Shown: positions 8,350 to 18,826 of the stretch, in pieces
How the letters are laid out: each line of letters begins with the position of its first letter
How positions within the stretch are numbered: the stretch's first letter is position 1
Source of the DNA: Alphaproteobacteria bacterium
GTDB lineage: Bacteria > Pseudomonadota > Alphaproteobacteria > JAAXGF01
Direction: 5' to 3'
Assembly (NCBI GenBank): GCA_963555825.3
Contig: CAUVXB020000002.1
Span: forward strand, 3,104,001 to 3,168,000
Length of the DNA stretch: 64,000 bases
Notes under the pieces: model-generated
Databases searched by the model: none
What the model saw: the letters and a program-made list of their open reading frames with translations, nothing else
Told to the model about the DNA's origin: nothing
Made by a program: the position numbers and the translations under genes

Positions 8350-11256
8350 CGCCACGCAACGGCGCCTGGCGGAAGAAGGCGCCGAGTTCTTGCAACATGA
8401 CGCCGAGGCCGCGCGCCACGTCGAGGGCTGCGCCGACTGCACTCGCTTCCTGGCCGGCCTGAAGAGGGTCGAGACCGCGCTCGGCGAAATGCCCGCCTAC
8501 GACGCGCCTGACGCGTTGGTCGCCGACACGCTCAGCGCGGTGCGCGCGGCCGGTCCGGTCGAGCAAACGCCGGCGCGGCGCAGTCCCCGGCGGCTTCGGC
8601 TCGCCGGCGCGCTGGCCGCCTCTGTCGTCATCCTCGCCACCATCGGCCTGACGAACCACCTGATGGATTCAATAGAGTCTCAGGAAAAATTTGCGTCGGT
8701 GATCACTGGAAGTGTCGAGACGCCAATTCCTGCCACCGAGCCGACCGACGGCAAACACGACCAGAGCGCCGGCGGCGCGTCGGGCACCGGTGGTGTCGTC
8801 AGCGAAGGCGCCGAGACTGCCAAGCAGGCGCACCGCGTGATCACCGACAATACGCAGTCGACTGAACAGTTCTTGTACGCCATGCCGGAACCGGCGGACA
8901 TGGCCGAATCGCCGAGCCCTGAGGAAGGCGGTCGACTCGCCGCCGAGAAGAGTTTTGCCAACGCGCCGCTCGACAAGGTCGAGGATGAACGGCGGCGCAA
9001 GGAGGCCGACGTCGTCGCTCGCCTAGAAGGGCAGCTTCGCAACACCGAAAGCGAGTCGCAGATCGCCGGACTGGAGCGGTCCGAGGAAGCCAAGAATCAG
9101 CGCGACGACGCCGATGCCGACGCACCGGACACGCGCTCCCAGGGAGCCAAGACGAAGACGGAAGAGGTCTTCCGCGGGGTGGTCGTCGCTGTGCCCGAGC
9201 CGCAGGACTATTTCGCTGTCGAATCGAACGAACTCGCCGTGGTCGGCGGCGCTGGGACGTCGACGTCGGCATCCGGGGCGACGATCATGCCCGAGCCGAG
9301 CGCACCGCCCGAGAATGCGTCCAAGCGTGCGGCTGGCGAGGACGAACCGGCGTCGACGTTTGGTTTCGACGACTTGTCGAGCGGCGGTGGTGCAACCTCG
9401 GCCGATGAGGCGGCCGGTCAACGGAAATCGCTCTCCAAGGACCGGGCGGTGCGCTTGGACGAGTCGGAGTACGAGATTAAACTCAAGTACATATTGAAGC
9501 CCAACATACGTTCGTCATCGACCGGCCAAGAAACCGGTCAACGTATGGTGCCCGCCGAGGAGCAGACGGCGGCCGAAACCCAGGCCATATACGACGACCT
9601 CTACAAATCTACGGCGCCGACGACGGCCTTCGGATACGGCGCATATTATCGCCAGAACCGGGCATACGATCCCGAGACCGCGCGGGCCCGGGCGCGGGCG
9701 TTCCTCGACGGCTACGACAGGATCGAGGGGCTCGCCTTCCAGTCGGCGACCGGTTATTGGGCGAACAGCTATATCCCGGGCGATTCCGCAATGCGGTTGC
9801 TGGCGTCGCGGCTGCGCGGCTGGGACCGCGCGTCGCTCGGCCCCGAGCGGCGCCTCGAGCAGGCGGCCCGGCAGGTCGCGCAGCCTTTCGATGCGCCCAC
9901 CGAGGCGGCGCTGGCGGTCTATCTGCACGCTGACACAAGCGGCATCCAGGGGCCGACCCGGATGCGCGTCCAGGTCGGTCTCAAGGCGCCGAACGCCACG
10001 GCGGCCACCGGCCGGCGATGAACATCGGCCTGGTCGTCGATGCGCGGGAGCCGGGCGACGACCGCGTTTACGCGCGGGTTCGCGCATTGATTACCGCCCT
10101 GGAGCGCATCCGCCAGCCGGGCGATCGCTTCTCGCTCACCGTCGCTGGCCCCGCCGGCGGCATGCTGGTGTCGCCCGAGCAGTTCCGTCACGGCCCCCTG
10201 CGCGTCGCGATGGAGCAGCTATTCGGCGATCGGACCGCCGCCGGGGCCGAGGGCATCGATCTGATCGACGCCGTGGCGCTGGCGAGCGAAAGCGTGCGCC
10301 AGGGCGACGACCCGAACGCCGTGCTCGGCGCCAGCCTGGTGCTGCTGGCGACCGGGTCGTCGATCGCCGGCGATCTCGAGGCGCTGGAAGGCCTGGTTCA
10401 TGCCAACGCCGTCGGCGGCGTGCCGCTCAGCGTCGTGCGCCTGTCCGACCGGGCCGATCTCGACGACGTCGACCGTCTGGTGGCGGCCGGCCAGGGCAAC
10501 CGCCGCATCCTCGACACCGCCGATCAGGCCGACGCGCTGATCGACCGCGAGCTGCACGCCGCCAGCCGCGCCGTCGCGCGCGCCGTCAGGCTGCGCATCC
10601 GGCTCGCGCCGGGCGTCAGACTCGTCGAGGTGCTCGGCTCGCACCGGCTTGAGGTGTTGCAGGCCGAGCGCGTGCGCGAGGCCGAGCAGGCGCTCGACCA
10701 ACGGCTCGCGCGCAACCTCGGCATCGAGGCCGACCGGGGCGACGACGAGGAGGGCATCCAGATCGTCATCCCGTCGTTCTACGCCGGCGACGCGCATGTG
10801 ATTTTGTTGGACGTCGTCGCCGACGGCCCCGGGCCGATCGCCGACGTGACAGCGCGCTACAAGGACGTCGTCTACCTGCGCAACGGCATCGCCAGCGCCC
10901 ACCTGACGATCGACGCCGGGCCGGCCGCGCAAGGCCCGCTCGAGCGCAATGTGCTGAAGAATCTGGCGGCTTGGGAACTGTCGCGCGCGACACGGCGGGC
11001 GAGCGACACCATGCGGGCCGGCGATGTCCGCGAGGTCGGTGCGCTGGTCGCCACGCTCCGCGAACTGATTTACGGGCTTCGCCTCGAGGTCGCCAGCTGG
11101 TCGACCGACGCGGAGCTGGTGGCCGACGAGGCGATGCTGGACGACTACTTGGCGGTCCTGGAATCTGGCGCCGGCGCTGATCCCGTTCAGCGCGGCTATC
11201 TCGCCGATTCCCTGCGCTTCACGGCCTATCGAAAATTGCAGCCGTCGACCGAATGA
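8336..11256 (+). CDS. Zinc anti-sigma (ZAS)-TM-acidic linker-vWA domain protein, split into ORFs 8336-10021 and 10018-11256 by an apparent 1-nt deletion near 9985
   Basis: HVEGCADC (HxxxCxxC), TM LAGALAASVVILATIGL, long acidic linker. Adding one G at aagg (9983-9986) gives LKGAERHGGHRPAMNIGLVVD, a typical vWA start, followed by DRFSL, LVLLATG, GQGN. Confidence 0.7.
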
Positions 11257-11330
11257 ACGGCGCCATGGGGATGCGGAATTTGCACAAACACACGAAGGAA
11301 GCCGGCTTGTCCGGCGGTAAGGATTGCATC

Positions 11331-14300
11331 ATGAGAATACTGATCGTCGTTTTCAGCATGTTTCTGGCGCCGTTCGCGCTCGCCCAGGAAAGCGCGCCCG
11401 GCTCGTCGGGCGAGGTGCGCGTTCCGCTCGCCGCCTACACCCAAATGATCAATCAGCTAAATCAGGAACCGCGCGGCGCGCCGGCGCCCTACGCGATCGG
11501 CCAGGCGCACGTCGCCGTCGACGTCAGAGACCAGGATGGCCGTATCACCGCCACCGTCGACGTCACCGTCTTGATCGAGACCTTCGAGGACGAGTGGGCA
11601 CTGGTGCCTATTCTGCCGCCCGGCGCGGCGCTCAAGCTTGCCACGGTCGACGGCCGCATGGTGCAGCTCGTGCAGCGCCCCGAGGGCCTCGCCTGGTCGA
11701 CCGAGAAGGCCGGCGTCGTCACCATGCGGCTGAGCTACGGGGTCGACGCCAGGCGCTCCGACGCCGGCTATGTGCTGGCGCTGCCGGTGCCGGTCGCCGC
11801 GGCGACCGACTTCAACCTGGTCTATCCGGGAACCGGCGTCGACCTCGCCGTCGTGCCGGCGGCCGACCTGCACTCCGACGAGGGCGATGGCGTGACGCGC
11901 TTCACCGCCAGCGTGCCGGCGACCTCGTCGATTCTGGTCTCGTGGCGCGCGCCGACGACGCGGCCCTACGTCATCAGCCGGGCGGTCTACGGCGGCGCGC
12001 TCTCGGGCGACGCCCTGGTCTGGACCGCCGAGTTCCAGGTCGAGGTGTTCGGCGACGGCCAGATCGATCTGCCGCTGATGCCGACCAGCGTCACGCTGAT
12101 CGACATCCGCGTCGACGGCGCGCCGGCGACGGTGCTCGAAAAGGACGCGCGCTTCGGCACCGTGCTCGAGGGCCGCGGCCTCCACGACGTGCGCGTCGAA
12201 TTCCTGGTTCCGGTCGCCACCGACATGGGGCCGCCCCAGGCACGCCTCGACATCCCGCGCATCCCGGTCTCGCGTTTCGATCTGGTGCTGCCCGGGCGCA
12301 AGGACGTCAAGGTTACCCCCGGCGCCAACGTCGTCACCACCGAGCGCGACGACGAGACCCGGGCGACCGTGTTCATCCCGATGAGCGGCACGGTGGTGTT
12401 CACCTGGACCGACGCCGTGCCCGAGCATCTGCGCGCCCAAGTGCGCGCCAACGCGAGCCTCTATCACGTCGTCCACGCCGAGGAAGGCGTGCTGCACGGG
12501 CGCGGCACCGTGGTCTACGAGATCACACACGGTGAGACCAACCTGCTGGAACTCGAGATCCCCGACGACGCCCAGGTCAACAGCATCGTCGCGCCGGCGG
12601 GCGGCGTGTCGGACTGGTCTGTCACCGCCTCGGAAACGCAAGGGCGCAAGAAGATCACCGTCTTCCTCGAACTGGCGGTGAGTGGTGAATTCGTCCTCGA
12701 GGTGGCCTACGAACGGCTGCTCGGCGCCGGCGCGGCGGCGCGCCAGCCGTTCAGCGTCCCAGTGCTGAGCGCGGTCAATGTGCATCGCCAGCGCGGCATG
12801 GTGGCGTTGCTATCGGGCCAGGAACTGGCGCTCAAGCCGGTCACCGAGACGGGCGTCTCGCCGGTCGGCGAGAATCAGCTGCCGGCGTTCATTCGCAACC
12901 AGATCGCGATGACCGTGGCGCATACCTACAAGTACATCGACCCGATGCCCGAGCTCACCGTCAGCGCGGTCGCACCCGAGCGCCGGCAGGGCAAGTTCGA
13001 CGCCCAGGTCGACACGTTGATCTCGCTCGGCGAGGTGATCATGAAGGGCTCGGCGACGATCGAGATCGACGTCAAGTCGGGCAGCATAGTCGAATTGCAG
13101 CTGCGCCTGCCCGACAACGTCAACATCCTGGGCGTCGCCGGTCCGTCGCTGCGCTCGCACCAGGAGCGTGAGATCGACGGCGGCCAGGCGATCGAGATCG
13201 AGTTCACCCGCGAGATGGAGGGCCAATTCCGCATCGAGGTCAGCTACGAGCGGATCATGGACCCCGAGGCGCCGCGGACCGCCGTGCCGACGATCTCGGT
13301 GATGGAGGCCGAGGTCGAGCATGGCCGCATCGCGGTCGAGGCGCTGACCGCGGTCGAGGTGCACGCGGCGGTCGCCGAGCAGCTTTCGAACGTCGACGTC
13401 AACGAGCTGCCCCGTCAGTTGGTGCTCAAGACGACCAACCCGATCCTGCTCGCCTACCGCTACGTGCACGCCAAGCCGCCGTTCAAGCTGGCGCTCAAGA
13501 TCACCCGGTACCGCGAGATCGACGTTCAGGTCGCGGCCATCGAGCGCGCCGACTACTCGTCGTTGTTCACCTGTGACGGGCTGGCTGTGACCACCGCGCG
13601 CCTGACCGTGCGCAACAGCCGCCGGCAGTTCCTGCGCCTGGCGCTGCCGCCCAAGTCCCAGGTCTGGTCGGTGTTCGTCGACGGCAAGCCCGAGAAGCCC
13701 GCTTATGCCAGCGGCGGGAACGACGACGGCACGGCGATCCTGATCAGGATGATCAATTCTTCCGAGGGCTTTCCGGTCGATATCGTCTATGCCACGCCGG
13801 TCGAGGGCATCGGCCAGCTCGGCGCCGTGTCGAGCCGCCTGCCGCGTCCCGACATGGTGGTGACCCACACGCGCTGGGACGTCTTCCTGCCGGTCGGCCC
13901 GCGCTATCAAGAGCCCGATAGCACGATGGACGTCGTCGTCGGCGGCGCCTGGGTTAATCCGCGGATCGTCGGCGTCGACGAGGTGACGCGCGCCGCCTAT
14001 CAGACGCAGATGGGCCAGCCGCTCAGGATCACCGTGCCGACCCAGGGCATCCGCTTCTCATTCGAGAAGCTCTATGCCAACCAATCTCCCGAGGACGCGG
14101 CGTTCTCGATCCGCTACGTCTCGGGCGGCATCGACAAGACCGCACTGTTCGCCAGCGCGGCCGGCGCGATCCTTCTGTGGGTCGGCATCGTCGCGATCGG
14201 CGGGCGCCGGCTCCGATTGTCGCGTGGCATGACGGTCGCCGCCATCGCCTCGGGCGCCGCGCTGCTGGTCGCCTCGATCGGCTACTTCGGCACCAGCCCG

Positions 14301-14402
14301 ATCCCCGCCTCGGGCATGGCGCTCGCCATCGCGGTGCTGCTCGCCGCTTGGTGGGGCGTCGAGCGCCTGCGCGACTGGCGCGCCGGCCGGCCGGCAGGTT
14401 GA
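11331..14402 (+). CDS. Large exported, membrane-anchored hypothetical protein with internal beta-rich repeats
   Basis: Signal peptide MRILIVVFSMFLAPFALA-Q; three C-terminal hydrophobic helices; host-like GC-rich codons over ~1020 codons. Confidence 0.8.
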   Translation: MRILIVVFSMFLAPFALAQESAPGSSGEVRVPLAAYTQMINQLNQEPRGAPAPYAIGQAHVAVDVRDQDGRITATVDVTVLIETFEDEWALVPILPPGAALKLATVDGRMVQLVQRPEGLAWSTEKAGVVTMRLSYGVDARRSDAGYVLALPVPVAAATDFNLVYPGTGVDLAVVPAADLHSDEGDGVTRFTASVPATSSILVSWRAPTTRPYVISRAVYGGALSGDALVWTAEFQVEVFGDGQIDLPLMPTSVTLIDIRVDGAPATVLEKDARFGTVLEGRGLHDVRVEFLVPVATDMGPPQARLDIPRIPVSRFDLVLPGRKDVKVTPGANVVTTERDDETRATVFIPMSGTVVFTWTDAVPEHLRAQVRANASLYHVVHAEEGVLHGRGTVVYEITHGETNLLELEIPDDAQVNSIVAPAGGVSDWSVTASETQGRKKITVFLELAVSGEFVLEVAYERLLGAGAAARQPFSVPVLSAVNVHRQRGMVALLSGQELALKPVTETGVSPVGENQLPAFIRNQIAMTVAHTYKYIDPMPELTVSAVAPERRQGKFDAQVDTLISLGEVIMKGSATIEIDVKSGSIVELQLRLPDNVNILGVAGPSLRSHQEREIDGGQAIEIEFTREMEGQFRIEVSYERIMDPEAPRTAVPTISVMEAEVEHGRIAVEALTAVEVHAAVAEQLSNVDVNELPRQLVLKTTNPILLAYRYVHAKPPFKLALKITRYREIDVQVAAIERADYSSLFTCDGLAVTTARLTVRNSRRQFLRLALPPKSQVWSVFVDGKPEKPAYASGGNDDGTAILIRMINSSEGFPVDIVYATPVEGIGQLGAVSSRLPRPDMVVTHTRWDVFLPVGPRYQEPDSTMDVVVGGAWVNPRIVGVDEVTRAAYQTQMGQPLRITVPTQGIRFSFEKLYANQSPEDAAFSIRYVSGGIDKTALFASAAGAILLWVGIVAIGGRRLRLSRGMTVAAIASGAALLVASIGYFGTSPIPASGMALAIAVLLAAWWGVERLRDWRAGRPAG

Positions 14403-14417
14403 CTTCGGCCCGGCCGC

Positions 14418-15095
14418 TTACGCCGGGTTGCCGAGGACGATCTCGAAGCGGCAAACGCCGGCGGCGGGCTCGAGACCGGCCTCGGGCGCCTCGACCGATA
14501 CGACGACGCTGGCGCGCTGCACCGGGTCGCGGATCGCGTTGAAGACGTTGTCGGTCTCGAGATGCGGGTCGCCGGTGAAGTACAACTGTGTCGCCAACCG
14601 CTCGAAGCCCGGACCCGAGACGCGGAAGTGGATATGCGCCGGGCGCATCCAGGACGCCGAAGCCGGGTAGGGCGGCGGCTGGATCGTCAGGAAGCGGTAG
14701 GCGCCCTCGTCGTCGGTCGTGTCGTGGCCGTAGCCTTGGAAGTTGGCGTCCATCGGGACGCCGCGGCCGTCATCGACGTAGTGGTAGCGGCCGTTGGCGT
14801 CGGCCTGCCAGATCTCGACTACGGCCCCCGTGACGGCGCGCCCACCCTTGTCGACGACGCGTCCGACGACGTGGATCGGCGTGCCCGAGGCCAAGCCGCC
14901 GGCGCCGATCCGGGTCAGATCGTTGTCGACGTCGAGCGGTTTCTCGCGCGGAAAGAATGGCCCCATGGTCTGCGGCGGTGTCGCCACGCCGAGCGCGGCG
15001 AGCGCCGGCGAGACCCGCGCGGCAACGAGGCCGCCGGCCGCGAGCGAGGCGCCGATCAGGCGGCGGCGGGTGAGCGGTGCAGCATCTTGCGTCAT
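14418..15095 (-). CDS. Intradiol ring-cleavage dioxygenase (protocatechuate 3,4-dioxygenase beta-like) with Tat signal
   Basis: TRRRLI Tat motif; QTMGPF, VEIWQADANGRY, FQGYG, PPPY, RPAHIHF. Confidence 0.85.
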   Translation of the reverse strand: MTQDAAPLTRRRLIGASLAAGGLVAARVSPALAALGVATPPQTMGPFFPREKPLDVDNDLTRIGAGGLASGTPIHVVGRVVDKGGRAVTGAVVEIWQADANGRYHYVDDGRGVPMDANFQGYGHDTTDDEGAYRFLTIQPPPYPASASWMRPAHIHFRVSGPGFERLATQLYFTGDPHLETDNVFNAIRDPVQRASVVVSVEAPEAGLEPAAGVCRFEIVLGNPA

Positions 15096-15189
15096 GGTTT
15101 ATTCCCGCTGGTGTGTGGCTCGAATGCTCTGTAACTAACATAGGCGGACAGCGGCCGCTGTGTAGGGGCCAGCCCGGCAAAGGCAAAGC

Positions 15190-15966
15190 ATGGGGAATTC
15201 GACGATGGCTGATCTCTTCTCACTCGACGGCAAGGTCGCGATGATCACCGGCGCCTCGCGCGGTCTCGGCTGGGCGATGGCGCGCGCCATGGCCGAGGCC
15301 GGCGCCCATGTCGTGATTAACGGACGGGATAGCAAAACCGTCGATGTCCGCGTCGCCGAGCTTGCCGACGACGGGCTCGCCGCCTCGGCCGCGCCTTTCG
15401 ATGTTACCGGCGCGAATGCGCCGGACGCGGTCGCTGGCGTTGCCGCGCGGTTGGGCCGGCTCGACGTCTTCGTCGCCAACGCCGGCATCGTCCGCCGCGG
15501 CGCGCTCGACGACGTGACGATCGACGACTGGCAGCGCATCATCGACACCAACCTGACGGCCGCCTTCACGCTGGCCCACGCGGCATCGCGCGCGATGGTC
15601 GAACAAGGCTCGGGCACGATCATCATGATGGGCTCGATCATGGGTGTCATCGCGCGCACCGGTGTGCCCGCCTATGTCGCATCGAAGGGCGGCATCGCCT
15701 CGCTGACGCGCGCGCTGGCGGTCGAGCTCGGACCAAAGGGGGTGACCTGCAACGCCATCGCGCCGGGCTACATCTCGACCGACATGACCGCCGACGCCGA
15801 GGCCATCCCGGAATTCGACGAATTGATCAAGCGGCGCACGCCGCTCGGCCGCTGGGGCCGGGCCGAAGAGATCGCGAGCGTCGCGGTGTTCCTGGCCTCG
15901 CCCGCCGCGTCCTACGTCAACGGCCACGTGCTGACCGCCGACGGCGGCCTGACCGCTGCCCTCTAA
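15190..15966 (+). CDS. Short-chain dehydrogenase/reductase (gluconate 5-dehydrogenase-like)
   Basis: TGASRGLG, NAG, YVASK, NAIAPG. Confidence 0.88.
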   Translation: MGNSTMADLFSLDGKVAMITGASRGLGWAMARAMAEAGAHVVINGRDSKTVDVRVAELADDGLAASAAPFDVTGANAPDAVAGVAARLGRLDVFVANAGIVRRGALDDVTIDDWQRIIDTNLTAAFTLAHAASRAMVEQGSGTIIMMGSIMGVIARTGVPAYVASKGGIASLTRALAVELGPKGVTCNAIAPGYISTDMTADAEAIPEFDELIKRRTPLGRWGRAEEIASVAVFLASPAASYVNGHVLTADGGLTAAL

Positions 15967-16706
15967 CCCTTGCGGAATGCGACGGCGGCGATCCAGCCGG
16001 CGAACAGGGCGAGCAGGATGGCGGCCAGGCCGTAGAGCGCCGGCTGCGTGTGGGCGCGGTAGTTGACCTCGGCCTGGAAGCCGGTCTTGTTGACGAACAG
16101 CGGGATCGTCTCGGCGCTGACCTCCACACCGTCGCGGATCAGGAAAATCTGCGCCGTGTATGAGCCCTCGGCCACCTTCGCGGGGAAGTGCACCAGGGTG
16201 CGGAACAGCGTCTCGCCCGGGAACTCGATCTTGCCGACCTCGCCGGTGAACAGGCCGTCGCGCACGCGGTTACGGAGCAGCGCCGCGCGGAACGGCTCGA
16301 TCTCCTCATCGGGCCGCGCGTCCGCAGTGTCGAGCCGGATCGACGTCAGGCCGATCTGGTAGAGCCCCATGAACGAGGGCCGGACGATATCCTCGAGCGG
16401 GCGGTTCGCGGCGACGGCGTAGAACGCCGGCACGCCGGTGAACTCGACATCATCGACGTTGATCCACAGGCCGGCGACGCGGTCTTTGCGGCGCACCACG
16501 ACGCGCTCTTCGGGGCCGCGCACGACGATCACCACGTCGCCCTCGCCGTCGATCGCGCCGTAGAGCAGCACGTCGGCGCCGGTGAAGCCGGAATCGATGG
16601 TGATGCGGTGCTTGAACAGATCGGCGAGCAGGGGCTGGGCATTGACCGGCCCGGCGAGCGCGGCGAGCACCACGACGACGATTGCGAAGCTGAGACGCCG
16701 GGCCAT
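15963..16706 (-). CDS. Conserved alphaproteobacterial transmembrane protein (TIGR02186 type)
   Basis: ATG 16706 overlaps the TauE stop; ITIDSGFTGADVLLYGAI, VVRRKDRVAGLWIN, TLFRT; C-terminal TM; typical partner of TauE. Confidence 0.82.
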   Translation of the reverse strand: MARRLSFAIVVVVLAALAGPVNAQPLLADLFKHRITIDSGFTGADVLLYGAIDGEGDVVIVVRGPEERVVVRRKDRVAGLWINVDDVEFTGVPAFYAVAANRPLEDIVRPSFMGLYQIGLTSIRLDTADARPDEEIEPFRAALLRNRVRDGLFTGEVGKIEFPGETLFRTLVHFPAKVAEGSYTAQIFLIRDGVEVSAETIPLFVNKTGFQAEVNYRAHTQPALYGLAAILLALFAGWIAAVAFRKG

Positions 16707-17632
16707 CAGTGCGCCACCAGCACGCCGATCGAGAACATATCGGCCGGCGTGCTCAGGAGGTCGTAGACCAGCTTGCCACAGACGCCCAACACCATCAGCG
16801 CCAACAGGCCGCGCATCTGCTCGCCCTTGAGATGGGCGCCCGCGCGGGTGCCGAATTGCGCGCCGATCACGCCGCCGGCGAGCAGCAGCAGCGCGAGCAC
16901 CACGTCGACGGTCTGGTTCTGCACCGACTGCAGGAAGGTGACGTTGGCGGTGACGAAGATGATCTGGAACAGCGAGGTGCCGACGACCACCGAGGTCGGC
17001 ATGCCCAGCAGATAGATCATCGCCGGCACCATGACGAAGCCGCCGCCGACGCCCATGATCGCCGCCAGCATGCCGACGACCAAGCCGACGCCGAGCGGCA
17101 GCAGCACGCTGATGTAAAGCTTCGAGCGCCGGAAGCGCATCTTGAAGGGCAGGCCGTGCACCCAGTAATGCTGGTGCAACCTGCGCCGGCCGCGCGTCCC
17201 GGCGGGGCGCCGGTCGCGCGCGATGGCGAGGCCGCTCTCGACCGCCATGAGCGCGCCAATGACGCCGAGGAAGACGACGTAGCAGAGCGAGATAACCAGC
17301 TCGATCTGGCCGAGCTCGCGCAGCACCGAGAACAGCGCGACGCCGAGCGTCGACCCGACGAAGCCGCCGACCATGAGCACCGAGCCCATCTTGAAGTCGA
17401 CGTTGCCGCGCCGCCAATGCGCCATGACGCCGGAGACCGAGGCGGCGACGATCTGGTTCGCCTCGGTGCCGACCGCGACCGCCGGCGGCACGCCCATGAA
17501 GATCAGCAGCGGCGTCATCAGGAAGCCACCGCCGACGCCGAACAGTCCAGAGAGAAAACCGACACCACCGCCCATTCCCAGCAACAGGAAAATATTTGCC
17601 GACATCTCGGCTATGGGCAGGTAGATATGCAT
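16706..17632 (-). CDS. Sulfite exporter TauE/SafE family protein
   Basis: MHIYLPIAE, GLFGVGGGFLMTP, MGVGGGFVMVP, GTSLFQ. Confidence 0.9.
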   Translation of the reverse strand: MHIYLPIAEMSANIFLLLGMGGGVGFLSGLFGVGGGFLMTPLLIFMGVPPAVAVGTEANQIVAASVSGVMAHWRRGNVDFKMGSVLMVGGFVGSTLGVALFSVLRELGQIELVISLCYVVFLGVIGALMAVESGLAIARDRRPAGTRGRRRLHQHYWVHGLPFKMRFRRSKLYISVLLPLGVGLVVGMLAAIMGVGGGFVMVPAMIYLLGMPTSVVVGTSLFQIIFVTANVTFLQSVQNQTVDVVLALLLLAGGVIGAQFGTRAGAHLKGEQMRGLLALMVLGVCGKLVYDLLSTPADMFSIGVLVAH

Positions 17633-17849
17633 CAAGCCGGCGTGGCGCGGTGGTTACGAACCGGACAAATACCCATGATGCTTGTTTATGGGCCGGTCAA
17701 AATTGACGAACAAGTAAAAACCACGAGAATTGCTTATACACTAGTGATGCGTCCCTGTCGCGACATTGGTGTGACCGTCTAGCGGCGCCGTCGACCGAAG
17801 CCGAATTCGTGTCCCGTTTCAATGAGTCATGACGCGCGAGGCGCGCCGA

Positions 17850-18809
17850 TCACGCGTTCGGCGCGCCATAATAAAGCATCACGCTATGCTTGGCCTCGGC
17901 GAAGAACAGCCAGCGCTCGACGACGGCGCCCAGGCTGCCGGCAGCGGCCGCCAAAAGCGCGCACAGCACGACGCCCCAGTCAGCGTCGAACGCCAGCGCG
18001 GCGACGATCAGGACGATCGGCGCGGCGATGCCGACGAGCATCACCGTATGGCGCAGCCTGTCGGCATGTCGGCGCGCGACGACGTACCCCATCTCCTTTT
18101 GAATGTAGTTCTCGGCGGTGTGCGGCGCATCGAGCAGGCGCACCGTCCCGAGACCACCGAGGCCGGTCGCCGATTCCGGGGTCGGACCGCCGGCGTCCCT
18201 GTCGATCGAAAACCAGTAGGCGATCTTGACCAGGCCGGCGGCGGCCAACGCCGCGACGACCAGCCAGCTGAGCGCGAAATGGCCGCCGCCAAACGCGACG
18301 ACCAGAAGGTTGAGCCACAAGAGGCCGGTCGCCAGGCCGAGCAACAGATAGCCGGGCAGCACCCAGCCGTTCGACCAGCGCCGGATCGTCCCGAGGCTGA
18401 CGTAGATCATCGCCGTCGACGCGACGGTGGCGGCGCACATGACGAGCGTGGCGAGCGCGAGCACCAGAGCGGCGCCGTCGAGGTCGCCGCCGGGCGCCGC
18501 GAACAGACGGTCGAGCGCGAACAGGCCGGCGACGGGATAGGTCAGCAGGGCGGCGACGCCCTCGCGCGATAGCCAGCTCGAGCGCCATTGCGACAGCGCG
18601 CGCCAGGCGCGTTCGGGGTGTCCCAGATGCGCGGTCGACGCCAGCAGGCCAAAGGTCACCATGGCGAAGGCGAGGCCCGCGCCGCCAAGCCAGAAGGCCA
18701 GATCTTCGGGCAGGCCGCCGATCAGGGTGAACAGCGCCAACCCGAACAGCAGGCCGTAGCCGGCACCCGAGGCGGTGGTGAAGGCGATGACGGAATAGGC
18801 CGGGTGCAT
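17850..18809 (-). CDS. soeC: Sulfite dehydrogenase membrane anchor SoeC (DmsC family)
   Basis: MHPAYSVIAFTT.SGAGYG, HLGHPERAWRALSQWRSSWLSREG, ERWLFFAEAKH. Confidence 0.88.
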   Translation of the reverse strand: MHPAYSVIAFTTASGAGYGLLFGLALFTLIGGLPEDLAFWLGGAGLAFAMVTFGLLASTAHLGHPERAWRALSQWRSSWLSREGVAALLTYPVAGLFALDRLFAAPGGDLDGAALVLALATLVMCAATVASTAMIYVSLGTIRRWSNGWVLPGYLLLGLATGLLWLNLLVVAFGGGHFALSWLVVAALAAAGLVKIAYWFSIDRDAGGPTPESATGLGGLGTVRLLDAPHTAENYIQKEMGYVVARRHADRLRHTVMLVGIAAPIVLIVAALAFDADWGVVLCALLAAAAGSLGAVVERWLFFAEAKHSVMLYYGAPNA

Positions 18810-18826
18810 GGTGGGCGCCTAACCGG

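Noticed and set aside
9978-9990. Programmed -1 ribosomal frameshift at the aagg sites (here and 36674)
   Set aside because: No canonical X XXY YYZ slippery heptamer; a 1-nt deletion, real or sequencing, is simpler.
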